From: the human T2T-CHM13v2.0 reference genome, Homo sapiens
Assembly: GCA_009914755.4 (NCBI GenBank)
Contig: CP068257.2
Coordinates: 41,952,001 to 42,016,000, forward strand
DNA length: 64,000 nt
Direction: 5' to 3'
Below are positions 1 to 19,427 of this stretch, in pieces. Numbering within the stretch: the stretch's first letter is position 1; each line of letters starts with the position of its first letter. The position numbers and the translations under genes were made by a program. The notes under the pieces were generated by a model. The model worked only from the letters and a program-made list of their open reading frames with translations. It was not told the DNA's origin and searched no databases.

Positions 1-132
1 GAGTAACTTGCATTGGACTAACCCTCCACCAATAAGAATCACAAATTCTGAACAAAATATAGGAACCATTTAAGGGGAATGGAAAGCAGCCAAAGGCAGG
101 CAGAAACTGAAGAGAAGTGCCCCCTTGAAAGA

Positions 133-449
133 AGAGGGGTGGCTCATGCCTATAATCCCAGCACTTTGGGAGGCCAACATGGGAAGACTGCTTGAGCCCG
201 GAGTTCAAAACCAGCTTGGGCAACACAACAAGATCCCATCTCTTCATTAAAAAACAAACAACAACAGAAAAAAAACCATTAGATAGGCATGGTGACACAT
301 GCCTAGAGTCTCAGCTACTCGGAAGGCTGAGGCAAGAGACTTACTTGAGCCCAGGGATGTCAAGGCTGCAGGGTTGTGACGGTGCCAGCCACTGCACTCT
401 GGCCTGCGTGACAGAGCAGGACCCTGTCTCAAAAAAAAAAAAAAAAAAA
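133..449 (+). mobile_element. Alu (5' slightly truncated) with poly-A
   Basis: Alu consensus ggtggctcatgcctataatcccagcactttgggagg...ccactgcactctggcctg...gtctcaaaaaaaa. Confidence 0.9.
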
Positions 450-1010
450 GAGAATTTTTTTTTATAAAGAGGCAAATATATTGAGGTTTAGACAAGGCCA
501 CATAGCACCAGGCAGCGACCCTCAATCAGAAACCTGGGGATGACCAGCTTGAGAAGTAAAACCACAGAGTCCAGGGTCACCAGGGTGGAAAGAAAGGGAA
601 GAAGATACCTAGAAAGGAGGGTTTCAGAACAAGGGAGCACTAAAATGTGCATGAAAACCCTCCAAGGTCCTGGCCTCTAAATGGCACAAGTGTGAGGCAG
701 AGAAAGAGGGAGAGCTGCAAGGCAGAGGAATGAGGCACAGCTCTGCTGCAGACCACATCCAGAGAGCCAGAGCTCAGGTATGAGTCAGGCAAAGCTGACA
801 GCCAGCTAGGACACACATAATTCCCTTCAGGAAAAGATAACAGAGTCCAGAGCCCCCACAACCTACCTTCTGCCACCTCCAGTACACATGCTATCAAATA
901 AACACTGAACTAGCACAGCCGGCTAGGATGAGGAGAGTAAGCCACTTGCTTTGGGTGTAAATTTAAGGGAGTATCAAAATGCCCAGTGGCCCATATTTTT
1001 AAAAATGTAA

Positions 1011-1360
<350 letters not shown>

Positions 1361-1664
1361 CAAAATTTTAAATAAAGATGGAACTGGTCACATACTGGAG
1401 CCTAAGGCAAAAGGAAAAATCAGTAATACTGACCAAGTCCATTATAAAGGGACTAACTAAATATACTATGGTACATGTAACACATGCATGCCATAGAAAA
1501 TTTCTATTGTAGTTCTCTATTAAAATCTCTGGTTTCCCCACTAAACTTTGTCAAAAGCAAGCTCCGTGCCTTATCTTTATCATCTCACAAACTAGTATAG
1601 TAAGACTGGACACAATAAGCACTCAATTTATCTACTGAAAAGTGAATCAACTCCCAGTGATTAA

Positions 1665-2240
<576 letters not shown>

Positions 2241-3055
2241 TGAATTCAAAAGCTACTCACTAGTAACCTATTTAATGAGGTATTAAGGGCTACTCAAATG
2301 TAGTGTTCATGAGGAAAATTTAGCACCTTAACTAGAATTCAGTGAGGTGTCGAATCCAGTATTCCAAGAAAAGTTCCTGCTTCAGATCACAAACACAGAG
2401 AGTTGGAATTCCTTAGAATTAAATATATTGCCCAAGGCTGCTTTCACACAGGCAGTAACAGCAGAACTGAGTCACCGCAACAGAGATCGTACGACCCCAA
2501 GAGCCTAAAATATTTTCTGTCTGACACTTTACGGAAAAAGTTTGCTGACCTCTGCCTTACAGCATGAAACTAAGATAAACCAATCTTCTGTATGTCTTAA
2601 AAAGCAAAGCTAGCATCTGGTAATAACTGTAATACAGGGAAACCTTCTGAAAAGATGGCCAGTTGAAATTCTTTGCTGACTGCCATTTAGATTTAAGGTG
2701 GCAAAAACAACTCCCAAGTTGGCAGATGTCTTTAAATTTTCATATTTGGTCAAAATCAGTTATCCTTAAGAAGCTAAAATGAAACACATACTTACAACAA
2801 CCATGTTGCCACCTGAGACCTCACGTCACTGCCAAGATACATCTCACAGAAGACCAAAGACTTCTAGGTCACACAAGAGTTAGCAAAAAATAAACCCAAA
2901 AAACTGTTTCTTATGCAAATGTTTCGTCTAATATAACATTTCTATTCCAACCAAAAATATTTGTAAATAGTGTATCAAGTTTCCAATTATCAAGTCTAAA
3001 GAGACTGCCCATTCATTTTACTCTTCTAGTATTGAAATATTAAATGTTATTTCTT

Positions 3056-3348
3056 GGCCAGATGCAGTGGCTCATGCCTGTAATCCCAGCACTTTGGGAG
3101 GCTGAGGCGGGCAGGTCACTTGAGGTCAGGAGTTCGAGACCAGCCTGGCCAACATGGTGAAACCTCATCTCTACTAAAAATACAAAACTTAGCTGGGCGT
3201 GGTGGCGCACACCTGTAGTCCCAGCTACTCGGGAGGCTGAGGCAGGAGAATCATTTGAACCCGGGAGGCAGAGGTTGCAGCGAGCCAAGATGGCACCACT
3301 GTACTACAGCCTGGGCAATAAAGTGAGACTCGGTCTCAAAAAAAAAAG
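3056..3348 (+). mobile_element. Alu
   Basis: Starts ggccagatgcagtggctcatgcctgtaatcccagc... and ends ...gtctcaaaaaaaaa. Confidence 0.9.
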
Positions 3349-4439
3349 GAAGAAAGAAAATGTTATTTCTCAAACTAGTGTACTAAGTGTTAGACTTTTT
3401 CTTCCAATGACAAAAAAAAAAAAAAAAAGTAGGCAAATTCTGCTTCCTGCCACAAACCTCAGCAGAAAACCTGTTATACATGGGACTAACAGGCTCCAAA
3501 AGAGCAACTTCCCAGTCTCTGCAGTCTTGATCATCTAAGACACATCTGACATTTAAAAGGACTGAAAATATGGCTAAAATAAAGGTACTGGTGAACTCGA
3601 AATGCTACATAAGCAACACGAGTAACTCATCTTCGATAAAAAGCAAGTTCTCTTTACCTAAATATACAAGGTCTCAGGGCTGAACAAGCACAAGGTGTGA
3701 AAAGCAAGAAAGCACTCCTCCACAGGCCAACACAACTGAGTCACTAAAGGTAAAAGTGACAACTTGACCACCTTATTCTTCATCTTAAAAGAAAATATAA
3801 CTTGCAACCTACGAGTAACAGAATAAACACGCCCAGTACTTCAAAACAAACTAGCAATAAAAATAAGCAAGAAAAAGGAGTATCTGTGAAGTTCACTGCT
3901 CAGAAACAAGCCAATCAGTGATGCTAAACTGACCAAAATCTAAGGTAGTCAAATTAGCACCATAAAGTAATTCTACTGTACAATAAGTAATAAAATTCTT
4001 ACAAAAGACTGCATGTAATTTGAGAAAGCAATTGGCACAGCAATATTACATTTTTAGACCAAATTATTCTTGACAGAAACTTAAGAGGCCTACCAATTTT
4101 TCATTAGACAGAGTACAGTAAGTAATGACTTAACAGACTTTAGATTCTGTGCCTCTTTCCTCAGTCAAGTTAGAACCTAAAAACCTGTGGTCTATATCAT
4201 GTCATCCTCAAATATCTGTATGTCAATTTGTATCTATTATGTTACAATGAAGACATACAAAAAGATATAAAGAATAATACAATACCCACCTCCCTGGTTA
4301 AGAAAGAAACCCTATAACCAGAGTTGAATTCCCTTGGTGAACGCTACCCAAAGGCGTGCTTCAGGGAGGTGTAACCACAGCTATGTCTGATATTTAAACT
4401 AGCCACGCATTGCTAATACTTTAGGTATGGAATCTTTTT

Positions 4440-4860
4440 TCTTTGCACGTCTGCATCAACAGCAGCATACTGCAGGCAATCTTCCACGCCATGGTGAGAT
4501 TTGTTTATGTTGATTTCTATAGCTCCAACCTATTTCCACTGATATATGCCAACTTTTTAACTAATCACAATTTATTTATCTGTTCTCCATCTTGTAGACA
4601 TTTAGGTAATTTCCTAGTTTGTGCTATTACAAACACCACTGCTATAACATTTTCTGTACAAGCATCCTGGTATCCTATGGAAAACGTTCTCTGGAGTACA
4701 CATGCAGACGGGGACTCTGTCCTCGGCATGTGCAGACACAGCCTCCACAGACACAGGCCAGCTGGCTCCACGTACCCTCCAGCAGCACATGGACAGGTGT
4801 AAGCTTCACTGTGGCTTCACGTCCAATCGGAAGCTTGTAATCATCAGACTGTGATTTTTT
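4440..4860 (+). mobile_element. Ancient interspersed-repeat fragment (possibly MaLR internal region)
   Basis: The motif ...atttaggtaatttcctagtttgtgctattacaaacaccactgctataacattt... is a common mammalian repeat. The family assignment is uncertain. Confidence 0.3.
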
Positions 4861-7740
4861 TTTCAATGAGAGGCACCGAAAAGGCATCTTATTAGGGTTA
4901 TAATTTGCTTTCCCCTGATTACTATGGAGAGCAAGAATCTTTCCCATGTTTATGAAGCTGCTGCGTGTTTTATTCTATAAATTGCCTGATTTTTTTCTTT
5001 TGCCTATTTGTGTATTTGGTTATTTGCCTTTTCCTTATTGAAAAGGCCAAATAAGCAAATTACTTAGCTATACCTGTTTTTTCTTAAAATGTACACAGAA
5101 TGACCAAACTAGACAGGGTAAAACCCAAAAATGCCTTTCAGAAGAGCCGATGTTCACAGCACCATCTACCAATTTATAACTCAACAGAGACCAATTCAGT
5201 GGCTGGTAAGCACATTGTAGCTGAAAGCTGTACCACCTGGAAATAATACACATTAGTTCACAGGCCCCAAATGACTTCCAGATATTGACTTTTGTTAATA
5301 TCTGGAAATGATGAGGACTCTAAACTTAGGAATTTGAACATTATCTAGATACAGTTTGTCTTGAAAACATACTTCCTTCATTAGGACAATTAATTGTAAT
5401 GCAATGTCTTAAAATTATCTTACAAGATCCCTAATGATAACTTTCCTATCTAGAGTTACTAAAGCTTTGACTGGAAACTGGTTAGAAACCCCATCATGTC
5501 TGAAGATTTCTTTTCAGCCAATACTTATGTGAAAAAGGGATCGGGCCACCAAAATGCACAGTAACACTCTGTAGAACTTTTAATAACAAACAAGGGAGAA
5601 CCACACCCAGAAAGTGAGGATTTGCTCTCACTCATCATGCAACATTTACTGAGCATCTTCTCTGTCCTGGACTCCACACTCTCCAGAAGTTTACAGGAAA
5701 CGGGAGAGAGACAAACAAAGCAACTAGTGAACAAAGTGTGGTACAAGCTTCACAGCTTCCTCTCCACACTTAGTTCTAAAAGGCTGCTATTGTCTTAAGA
5801 CATTTTGTGGAAACACTTCTAGAAGCATCTTCGAAAAATGCAATCTGCACTGTGACTATTCCAGACGAATTCTTTGGAAAACGGGAGCTTGTGGGTGGCT
5901 CCAACCTGCAGATGCAGCCACACAGCTACTCCACAGAGAAATGGGACGATACCATCACCCTCATTTGCCCACAAAGGTGAGCTGGTTTTCCTGCAGAGCT
6001 CAGAGCTGCTTCTGAAGTCATCTGCACAAAGAACCCAGAAACTTTCACAAGCCATACTCTCACTGATGACATTCAACTGGTAACACCTGGGGAAGATGCT
6101 GGGCAGGATAAACCAACAGTAACTTCGAGAAACAGGAACCACATAGAGCCCAAACTCCAAGAGGCATTTCTGTAACCCTCTACCCTGTGCCTGGATGAGA
6201 AAACCTTGCTGAGCCACTGTTCTCCCACACATGCCAAATATTCTCTGGCCCATTGACAGTGAAATGCACTGTGTCAGTTACCTCAGCTTAGTAAAAGCAG
6301 AGGTGTTCTCATCACAGACACTACACCCCAACTGGAAATCCAAGGAGAGGGTTATCCTGAGAACCAAGTGACCATTCAGGAATGTGGGTAGCTCCCACCC
6401 CAGAGGCCTCTCTCCTCACTCGGGATGAAGAACCACCTTAAACTCTGGGCCTTCTGCCATCCCCTTCAATAACACCTCCAGCAGGTCTGACCTGAGAAGC
6501 CGCTAGTGTAGATGTGAAAAGGCCTTTCATGGCCTACTCAAGGACTGGTAAAATCATAGGCAGCGTGGGCAGTGAGGAAAAAAAATAACCCGGCCTCCAT
6601 AAGGAAGTACAAAAAAAGGAAGGGAAACTTTAAACGCTGGAGAAATCCACAAGTCTAATAAAAAAAATAATAATTGCAGTTGCCTAAGTGTTACCAAGTA
6701 TCAAGGAGGATGGAAACGCCAGGGTCATGTCACAGCAGCGGAGAAAGAGGAGCCGTAGAAAGGAGACTCTGGGCCCTCCACATGCAGCTCAGTGCCAGGA
6801 CAGCGCTCAGGGCCCCCCGCAATCCCAAGGTCCAGGCACAGCACAGATCCTGCCCACACCAGGCCCTGGGAGCACAAGCCTGGGTGACCAGTGGCCGGAG
6901 GGGAAGGAAATGGACTGAGGTGGTGACGAAGGGGGACACTCCTGACACATGTCATTCCATGGCTGAATGACTAAGGAGAAATACACAGAGATGAAACAGA
7001 CAGAACCCTGCCAGGGGCATGCCACCAGCTGACTGCACTGAACTGCCGCAGCCTTGGCTGACAGAGCTCACCCTGCACACAGTTCTGTCAAGTGGCCATC
7101 TCCAGCAGACACCTGAGAGGCTGATGGGAATGGGGAAAATTACCCATGAGGTATGGCTAAGACTGAAAAGCTATGACCACTACAGTAAACAGAATCCAGT
7201 CATCCTGCTGGCAGCACCAACCACCTTGAGGGGCCTCCAAGGTCAGCTGGTGTGTCTGGCCACCATATGCTGGAAGTTCCTAGATTTGGAGAGTTAAAAA
7301 CAGGGTCTTCACAAAAAAAGGCAGATAAACTAGGAACAGCCCGAAACCATATGGCTGGGGAGGCTATGCCACTGAAAAAACTCACAGAGGCTGAGTCACA
7401 ACAATGTCCCATGTACAACCCTATGAATGTTTGCCACAAAAGACATGGACATGTGGCCCAATAGCAGAATCCAGTCTGATCCACCACTGACCTGCAGGGC
7501 CCACAGGGATTTCTGGGGGAGGCAAAAAGAACACACCATGAGCCAGCTCTGCATTCTGGGAAAATGCAACATGTCATGGTAAACGCAGGCTGGCTAGTGG
7601 TTTGAAAGGGCAGCCGTGGCCTGGGAAGACAAAAGGCTAAACAGGAGCCAGTGGAGCAGGAGCGCTGGAAATACTGGAGCAAGAAATGACAGGCAACAGG
7701 GCACATCCCAGAGGAAGGCTCAACACAGAGGCAGGAGGAT

Positions 7741-9470
7741 TACACACACACACCACAGCACACACCACACACCACACACCACTCACCACTCACACACATC
7801 ACACATACCACACACCACTCACACACATCACACACACCACACACACCATGCACAAACCACAAACACACCACACACACACACATCACGCACACACCACACA
7901 CACACCACACAGCACGCACACCACACACACACCACACACACTACACACACACCATACACACCCCACACACCACACCACACACACACCACGCACACAACAC
8001 ACACACAACACACAGCACGCACACCATACACACACACACCACACACTACACACACTATACACACCCCACACACACACCACACACACCATACACACCCCAC
8101 ACACATTGCACACACACCAATATACACACACCACCATACACACATCACACATACCACATCATACACCACACAATCATACAGCACACACACCACACACACA
8201 CCACACACACACACCACCACACACCACACACACACTACACACTGCACTCACACGCATCTCAGACACCACATACACCACACACACACCACTCACACACCAT
8301 ACGCACACCACTCGCATGCCACACCACACACATGCCACACTACACGCCACACACACCACCCACATCGCACACCACACACACCACACATCACACACACCAC
8401 ACCCACACACCACATACACACCATACACTACACACCACACACATCACACACACACCACAAAGACACATCACATACCACAGACATCACACACCATACACCA
8501 CACACACACTACACACCACACACACATCACACATCACACCACACACATCAGACACCACACACACATCACACACACCACATACCCACCACACACACACCAG
8601 ACACCACACACATCACACGTACCACATAACACAACACACATACATCACACACATCACACACACACCACACAGATACCACACACACATCAGACACACCACA
8701 CACACACCAGCTGACTGCACTAATTGCCCCAGCCTTGGCTGACAGAGCCCACACACCCACACCACACACATACCAGACACACACCACACACCACGCACCC
8801 ACATCACACACCACAGATCACACACACATCACACCCCACACACAACACACCAGCTGACTGCACTAACTGCCCCAGCCTTGGCTGAAAGAGCCCACAAACA
8901 CACATCACCCACCCCCCGACACACACACCACACACACACCACACATTCCCCACACCACACACACACTCCAACACACACACATACACACACCCCCACATAT
9001 GCAGCCCACACACCCCCACACGCCACACCCACACACACACCCACACATATCCCCCCACGCACCTCCCACAAACACACATACCCCATACCCTCCACATGTA
9101 CATACACACCACAAACATCCCCCAACATACACATACCACACACACACATCCCCCTCACATAGCCACACACACCATGCATACCACACCCACATCTCCACCC
9201 ACACACAAAATACACACATCCCAATCCCTCATAGTCCCACATATACAAACACACCACAGTCACACACATCACATGACACCCACCTCCCCCCAACATATAT
9301 ACACACACACCACACACATTCCCTCACACTCACACCATAAACATGCCCCACACAAACGCATACACACCATACACCCCAAAAAATACCCACATACACATAC
9401 ACCACACCCAAATACATCCTCATTTCCCCACGCCCCGCCACATATACACACCCACACCACACACACACAT
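7741..9470. repeat. Complex CA-rich low-complexity / VNTR-like block of about 1.7 kb (degenerate (CA)n, (CACAC)n, (CACACCA)n), with a roughly 50-bp anchor motif embedded at 8707-8755 and 8850-8900
   Basis: Visible as continuous cacacaccacacac... text. It is the source of the long His/Thr-rich plus-strand ORFs and the Cys/Val/Gly-rich minus-strand ORFs in the ORF track. Confidence 0.9.
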
Positions 9471-9579
9471 CCAGGCCATACGTGCCTCTGACACGTGAGA
9501 AGAAAAAGCAAAGGGGAGTGGAATAAACAAGGGAGGGCCAAGCTGAGGCGGCCACACTCACACCCTTGACTCTGTGCAG

Positions 9580-9681
9580 CAGGAAGTAAAGCCGCCTGCC
9601 GGGACACCCACCTACCAAGGAAGAGCAGAGCAGGAAGTAAAGCCGCCTGCCGGGACACCCACCTACCAAGGAAGAGCAGAG
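9580..9681. repeat. Tandem duplication of 2 x 51 bp (caggaagtaaagccgcctgccgggacacccacctaccaaggaagagcagag)
   Basis: Copy 1 at 9580-9630 and copy 2 at 9631-9681 are identical. The ORF track shows it as the duplicated peptide CSSLVGGCPGRRLYFLL. Confidence 0.9.
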
Positions 9682-10547
9682 CAGGGAGGCCGTGAGGATC
9701 ACACCCGAGGTCTGCCTCCACCAGTGTGGAAATGAGTGGGAGCTGAGAAAGGACATAGAAGAGGATTCCAGGGTGCTGGAAACCGGGAGAAATGACGAGA
9801 GTCCGTGCACACAAGAAAGCTTCTTCCCAAACCTCACTCAACAGCCCCAGCTGTAGGAACAGAGAAGAAGGATGGCTGGGCTGATCCAAGGTTGAAAGCA
9901 TCAGGAAATGTGATGCACACTGGGGCTGGGTGAGCTGGAGGGAGGGGAGGCCATGGAGGCAATGGTGTGAGCAGGAGGAAAGAGGAGGGAGGAGGAGCAG
10001 GAGGTCTTGCAGTTTAGAGGGAACAATGGTAGGAAAAGGAGGCAGGGAGGAGAGGAGGTATGGCCTGAGTGCTACAGCAATGTTTACCAGACAGTCCACC
10101 TGATGACAATGTGCAGGGTCTGGCCCAAGGCAGACTACTGCCACAGTGAAGGGCACAGCAAATCTTGGGAGCTGAGAAAGGCAGGTGGCCTTGAAATTAG
10201 ATTGTTGAATGAATCACCCCTAAACATGTTCAAGTCATTCAAGATAGCAGGAAATGGGGAGGGGGACACCAACAAGCCAGTACTCAGTGAACAAGGGAAA
10301 TGCCTGGATGGTCAGAAAAGTACAGTGATGAGAAAGGCTGGATGTGAAGAGAGCAACTGGTTGCTTGAATTTTCAAGGAGGAAAAAAATTCGCATGAGAT
10401 TGGAAGAGAAACAGCCTTTTAAAAATGAGCATTCTGGGACATTTCATTAAAAATAAAAATGGGCAGCTAGAAGAAACACTTCCCCTAAGAACTGGAATAA
10501 GACATAGAGATATCCACTCTTACCGCACCTATTCAACACAGAACTGG

Positions 10548-13000
<2,453 letters not shown>

Positions 13001-13849
13001 ATGGGCAACTAGGAAAAAAATAACCCCATCTCTGGGTCTAAGGTACTAACTGCTGAAAATGAGTGACCTTCGATCATGAAAGTGGCAGTGAAAGTGTAGT
13101 TCCCCAGAGAGAGGCAAGCTATACACAAGGCAGGGGGAGGCCAGGAAGAAAAGAGGCTGATTTATAGTATGAGAAAGGTCTTGGGGCTCCAGAGGACTCA
13201 AGGGTGGGCGTTAGTGAAGTGGGGGAGGTGAAAAGAGGGGAGAAGAGTGCCTTGGAGATGTGGTGAGACGGAACAAGCCATGAGCATGTTGGAAGGCAGC
13301 CAAAGATCCCAGGGGGAAGGCCCCTCTCAGGCTGGTGCATGCTGAGATCCCGAGTCAGGATAGAGGGTAAACACGCGGCTTTGCTCAGTGGCCAAATGGA
13401 AGACTGCCAAGAAAGTCAGTGAATGGCTCTGAAGGCAATTCTCCCCATCTCCCACTGCAATCAACAAGAGCTCACCAGGACCCAAAGGCACAGAGCTCCA
13501 GGGACTGGAACCGGAGAGGCTAGAAGTGACCCAGCCCTCACACACAGCTTTGCCTTGGAAGTTGAAGGGGGACTTTAGCTGGCCCATAAATATGGACCTT
13601 GTACAGACCACAGAAGCAAAAGAGGCAATGGATTAGTATCCAGAACACACAAAGACCTACAGCAGATCACTAAGAAAAATGCAGCCCAACAGGAAAGTGG
13701 GCACAAGACACAGACAGGTGACTCAAAGGAAAAACTGGAATGGTACAAACATGTGAAGAGCCTCAACCTCACTGGCAATCTAAATCTGAAGGAAGGGAGA
13801 GAAGGACAAAGACAGACAGATGATAGGTGGATGATAAAAATACTCTTTA

Positions 13850-14202
<353 letters not shown>

Positions 14203-14580
14203 TTAGAGGAATATAATAAATAGCAAAGTGCTGACAAGGACGTGGGAAACACGAACACTGACATGGTGCAGGTAGAAATGTACACTATGGTGACCAATTT
14301 GGCAGTATCTTATCAAATTGAAAATGTCCATGTACTACTTCTCAAATATTTCCTCTGGGAAAACTCCTGGAGAACTCTCAGACAGGTTAGCAAAGAGTTT
14401 ATCAAGGATGCTCACTACGGCATTATATTTGTCAAGTAAAACCCGAAAGTAACTTAAATGCCCATCAGTCAGGGAAGGATAATCCAAATATTACATCTCC
14501 TTTGATGCAAGGTACTTAAAAGGAATGAACTAGATCCACAAGCAATTTGTAAAATTATACCCCCAAACAAAACCATCTAT

Positions 14581-14816
<236 letters not shown>

Positions 14817-15913
14817 TTACACTGTATTATATGTATTATGTATGTATAGATATTTGTTAGCACAAAATATTAAAATGGACTAGAAAGCTTGGTTCTGGAT
14901 AAGATGGCCTGAACACACCCTCCAGTCTCGCTTCCACTGAATGCAGCTATAAATTCCAAAGAGAATACATGAAGCAGCTATTTGAGGACTCTGAAAAGTA
15001 AACAGTAGCAGGCAGATAGGGGAAGAAGATCAAAATTTTAAGAACCACTAAACCAGCAGAGAGTTTACCACTTTTTCCTTTAGTGTCCCTGGCCTGGACT
15101 CGAGGGAGCTCCAAAACCCAAAAGTAGCCCTGAGCCACACAGAGAGCACCAGGAGAAGGTCTCTAGTGAGGCTCAAGGAGTGGGAAAGGGGTCTCCTGCC
15201 AGCAACCAAGCACGGTAGCAGTGGGGACATCCCCCAGGTAACTCAAACTCTGGGGGAAAGGAATTTTTTCCTTACACCTGAAAGCTCTAAGAGCTTCTCA
15301 ACTCCTGCCGCAGGGCGGGATGAGGGCAGAGTTGCAGGCACTTGGACACAGCAGGGTATATGAAGCCCCAGCATTCCAGGTGGGGGACTGAAAAAGGCAG
15401 TCCCAGGTAACTAAAGTGTACCCAGAGAGTTAACAGCTCAGAAAAGTGACCCCAAAAAGTTGTTTATAAATTCCTGGCCTCATCCCAAGTTGTGCCTGTG
15501 TGGATCTGATCATAAACAGTATCTGAAAGACTCTGAACCTAAGATCCAGACCACCCAGGTCTCAGACTGGCCACTGGGCGGCACTCACGAGGGGCAGTTC
15601 CAATAGCACTGTAAAGACTCTGAAAACAGGACGACACACTGAAACCAAACAGAGAAAAGGCTGGCTGGAATCTGACCCAAAGGGGTTGACTGCCTGTGAA
15701 AATATAAACACCAGCATTTCCCAAGGATTTAAACAAGACCAGTGATCACGTAAATGTCCAGGATAAATCCAAAATTACTTGGCATATGAAGAAACAGGAA
15801 AATCTCAACTCTCATGGGAAAAAACAATCAAGAGACACCGAGGCCAGGATGACACAGGTGTTGGAAGCACCTGGCACAGACTTTACAGAAGCTCTTACTT
15901 TTTAAAAGTGCTA

Positions 15914-16345
<432 letters not shown>

Positions 16346-17624
16346 TTTAAAAAAATAATTAAAAAATAAAGATGCTCTAAGAAGTCAAAGGCAACACTCA
16401 GAACGAACAGTGTGAGTGGCAGAATCCTACACTGCCCCTCTCCCCAAGATTTCCTGCCCTAATCTCTGGGACTATAAATTATCACACGCTGATTATGTCA
16501 TTGCCTGGAAAAGAGGATTCTGTAGATGTAATTAAGGTTACTAACCAGCTGACTCAAGAGTTAATCAAAAGGAGTTTATCCAGGTATGCCTCATCTAAAC
16601 ACACAAATCTATAAGAAGCAGAGTTTTTGCCTTCTTGAAGTAAACTTTTTAACAAAAGAATAAAAGCAGAGAGAGTTTCATCTTGCTGGTAGCAGAAGAG
16701 GAAGTCTCAGAGACTGGAAACGTGGGAAGGATTCAATGAGCGACTGTGGCTTGAAGATGGGGTCCCTGTGAGAAGCAATGCAAGCTGCCTCAGCAGCTGA
16801 CCCACAGCTGACCAGCCAGCTGGGAAACAGGGAACTCGCTCCTAGAAACCAAGACACTGGACTCTACCAGCCACTTCAAAGTGCCCAGAAGCAGATTCCT
16901 CCCCTAGATTCTCTGAAAAGATCCCACCCTGGAAAACACCTCACTTTTGACCTATGCAGAGAACCTCTCAAACCCACTCAGACTTCTGACTTGCCAAACT
17001 ATGAAATAATAAATGGTGTTGTTTTAGCCACCAAGTTGGTGATAATTTGTTACATAAAAATAGAAAACAAATACAGATTTTAGTAGCTGGAAGACAGATA
17101 CCTATTTAAATTCATTTTGACATACCCATGAAGTACCATGTGATAATACTGGGACTCACTGATTGCTCTAAGGTGAGAACATTCCTTCCTTAAATTTATT
17201 TTCTAAAATGCTATTTAAGAGACAGTGCACGCCCTTAACTTCTCCAGGAATTTATTTCTTCTAGTTTTTAAAACTACCACCAAAATTAACTGTGTTTACT
17301 TGAAGAGAGGCCCAATCAGCACAGTCTAATTAATATGTAAATAGAATTAACTTTTTAACATTATCCACCATACACTTTGAGTTTGGTACACTGTCCTGGC
17401 TTCAAGTCTCCCAGAAGCTGCAATATGGTGTCCAAGAGCACCCGGCTTGAATTAACCAAGAATTCACGACCACATGCTATAGCAGCAACATCTGCAACAG
17501 AAAATGAAACAAAACATCAAGATCATTATGACTCAGAACCTAGACAATTTTGTGCAGAACAGAGTATTTTCTCCTAAAAGACCTAATGAAAACACAGCTG
17601 AAAATGAGGCATTTATAAATGAAA

Positions 17625-17925
<301 letters not shown>

Positions 17926-19427
17926 TATCAACAAAAATGACAGCTCAGAAAGAATCACTGACAACCACAAGAGTTACTGAAATATCAAGTAATGTGCAGT
18001 GTGATTAGCAAGCGCCGAAAGAGTGAAACAGAGCCCTGGAATCTAACCAAGTCTGCGGTCACTATGCTCCAGAGTGCTGCATTAAACAGCTGTGGGCAGT
18101 CAGGGTCCAAACATAAGGTGGGGGCTGATTATCTTATCTGGGACTGAGGATGTGAAAATTCACTTTTAATGGCATCCGTAATCTGAAAACCCAAAATCCA
18201 AAATGCTCCAAAATCTAAAAATTTTTGAGCACTGACAAAGATGCACAAAGGTCATGCTCACAGAGCATTGCAGATTTCAGATTTTTGAATTAGAGTGTTG
18301 AACCAGTAGGTATAATGCAAGTATTCCAAAATCCAAAACACTTCTGGTCCCGGGCATTTCAGATAAGGAATATTCAATCTATATTTGCTAATAACTTTTA
18401 GCCATGATACAAACTGAAATTATATGTAGTCAAAAAAGAGTATGAAAATGGATTTTGAAGAAAACTTATTTTCTCAATTTTATGTCCCATTGTGGAACAG
18501 CAAGTATCCCATTTCTTCATGCCTGAGGCCCTGCGAATCGGCCTGAAGACCAGACCGAGTAATTACACTGCTCCCAATGGGCAGTGCTGCAGCCATTACT
18601 GGCTCCATCAACATTTCCAAATACCTCGAAGTATCCAATGATCCAAGTGCATTTATGTATGTGTTTGTTAAGAGTTTTCTTTAGTTGGGTCTGACAGTAA
18701 AGCATGATTCAAACTGACTAAGATTTCTAAGCCAAATGACGAGACCAAGGTGGAAAAGAGATGGGGCAGCAGCACTGCCTTGCTCCTGATTTTAATGGAA
18801 ACGCTTCTAAAAATTCACAGTTAAGTGTGATGTCTGATCTGTTTCTGGTAGATACCCTTTATCAGTTTAAAGAAGTCTTCTTCTATTTTTGGCTTGCTAA
18901 GAATTATCAAAAATGGAAGCTGAATTTTATCACTTATTTCTTCTGCCTTTGACTGGATGTAATCTGATGGCAGAATATAAAATTTCATGTTACCCGGCCA
19001 GCTTCATGAACTCAGATCTTTGACATTACTATTTACTTTTGTTCACCTGGTCTCAGATGGACCACAAGAGGGATAGTAAAGTCTACTAAACCTAACAGAT
19101 GTTTCCCCCTTTCTACTTGTCTTTGCAGCATTTTAACTATATCATTGGTGCAGTGTCTTCAAGTACACGCTTTGATGACAGCCATAACTTTATTGACAGA
19201 ACCTTTCAATGACATAAACTTACCTTCTTTGGTCAATGAATTTTAACCTGATAGGTACATTTTCCAGAATATGACACATTCTAGTTTTACTAAGGAAATA
19301 TTTTAGGAGAAAAACAAAGCAAGTAAGCATTTGGCATCAGAAACACATAAAAGATAGCTTTTAGGTAGCTTTTCAGGGGAAAGCATTATTCATGTAAATA
19401 ACTTCAGATAATATACTGAAACCCAGC

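Noticed and set aside
6670-6960. Moderately GC-rich patch with overlapping ORFs on both strands (76-98 aa)
   Set aside because: It has no CpG enrichment, no ATG in good context and no flanking splice sites. It is probably unique intronic sequence. The coincident ORFs on both strands are the usual signature of GC-rich non-coding DNA.
7616-9491. Very long plus-strand ORFs (337, 342, 136, 131 aa) rich in His/Thr/Pro, and overlapping minus-strand Cys/Val/Gly-rich ORFs
   Set aside because: They are translations of CA/CACAC low-complexity repeats (the stop-free frames ACA/CAC/CCA and GTG/TGT). They have no ATG in Kozak context and no splice signals, and they show mirror-image composition on both strands. 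They are not genes.
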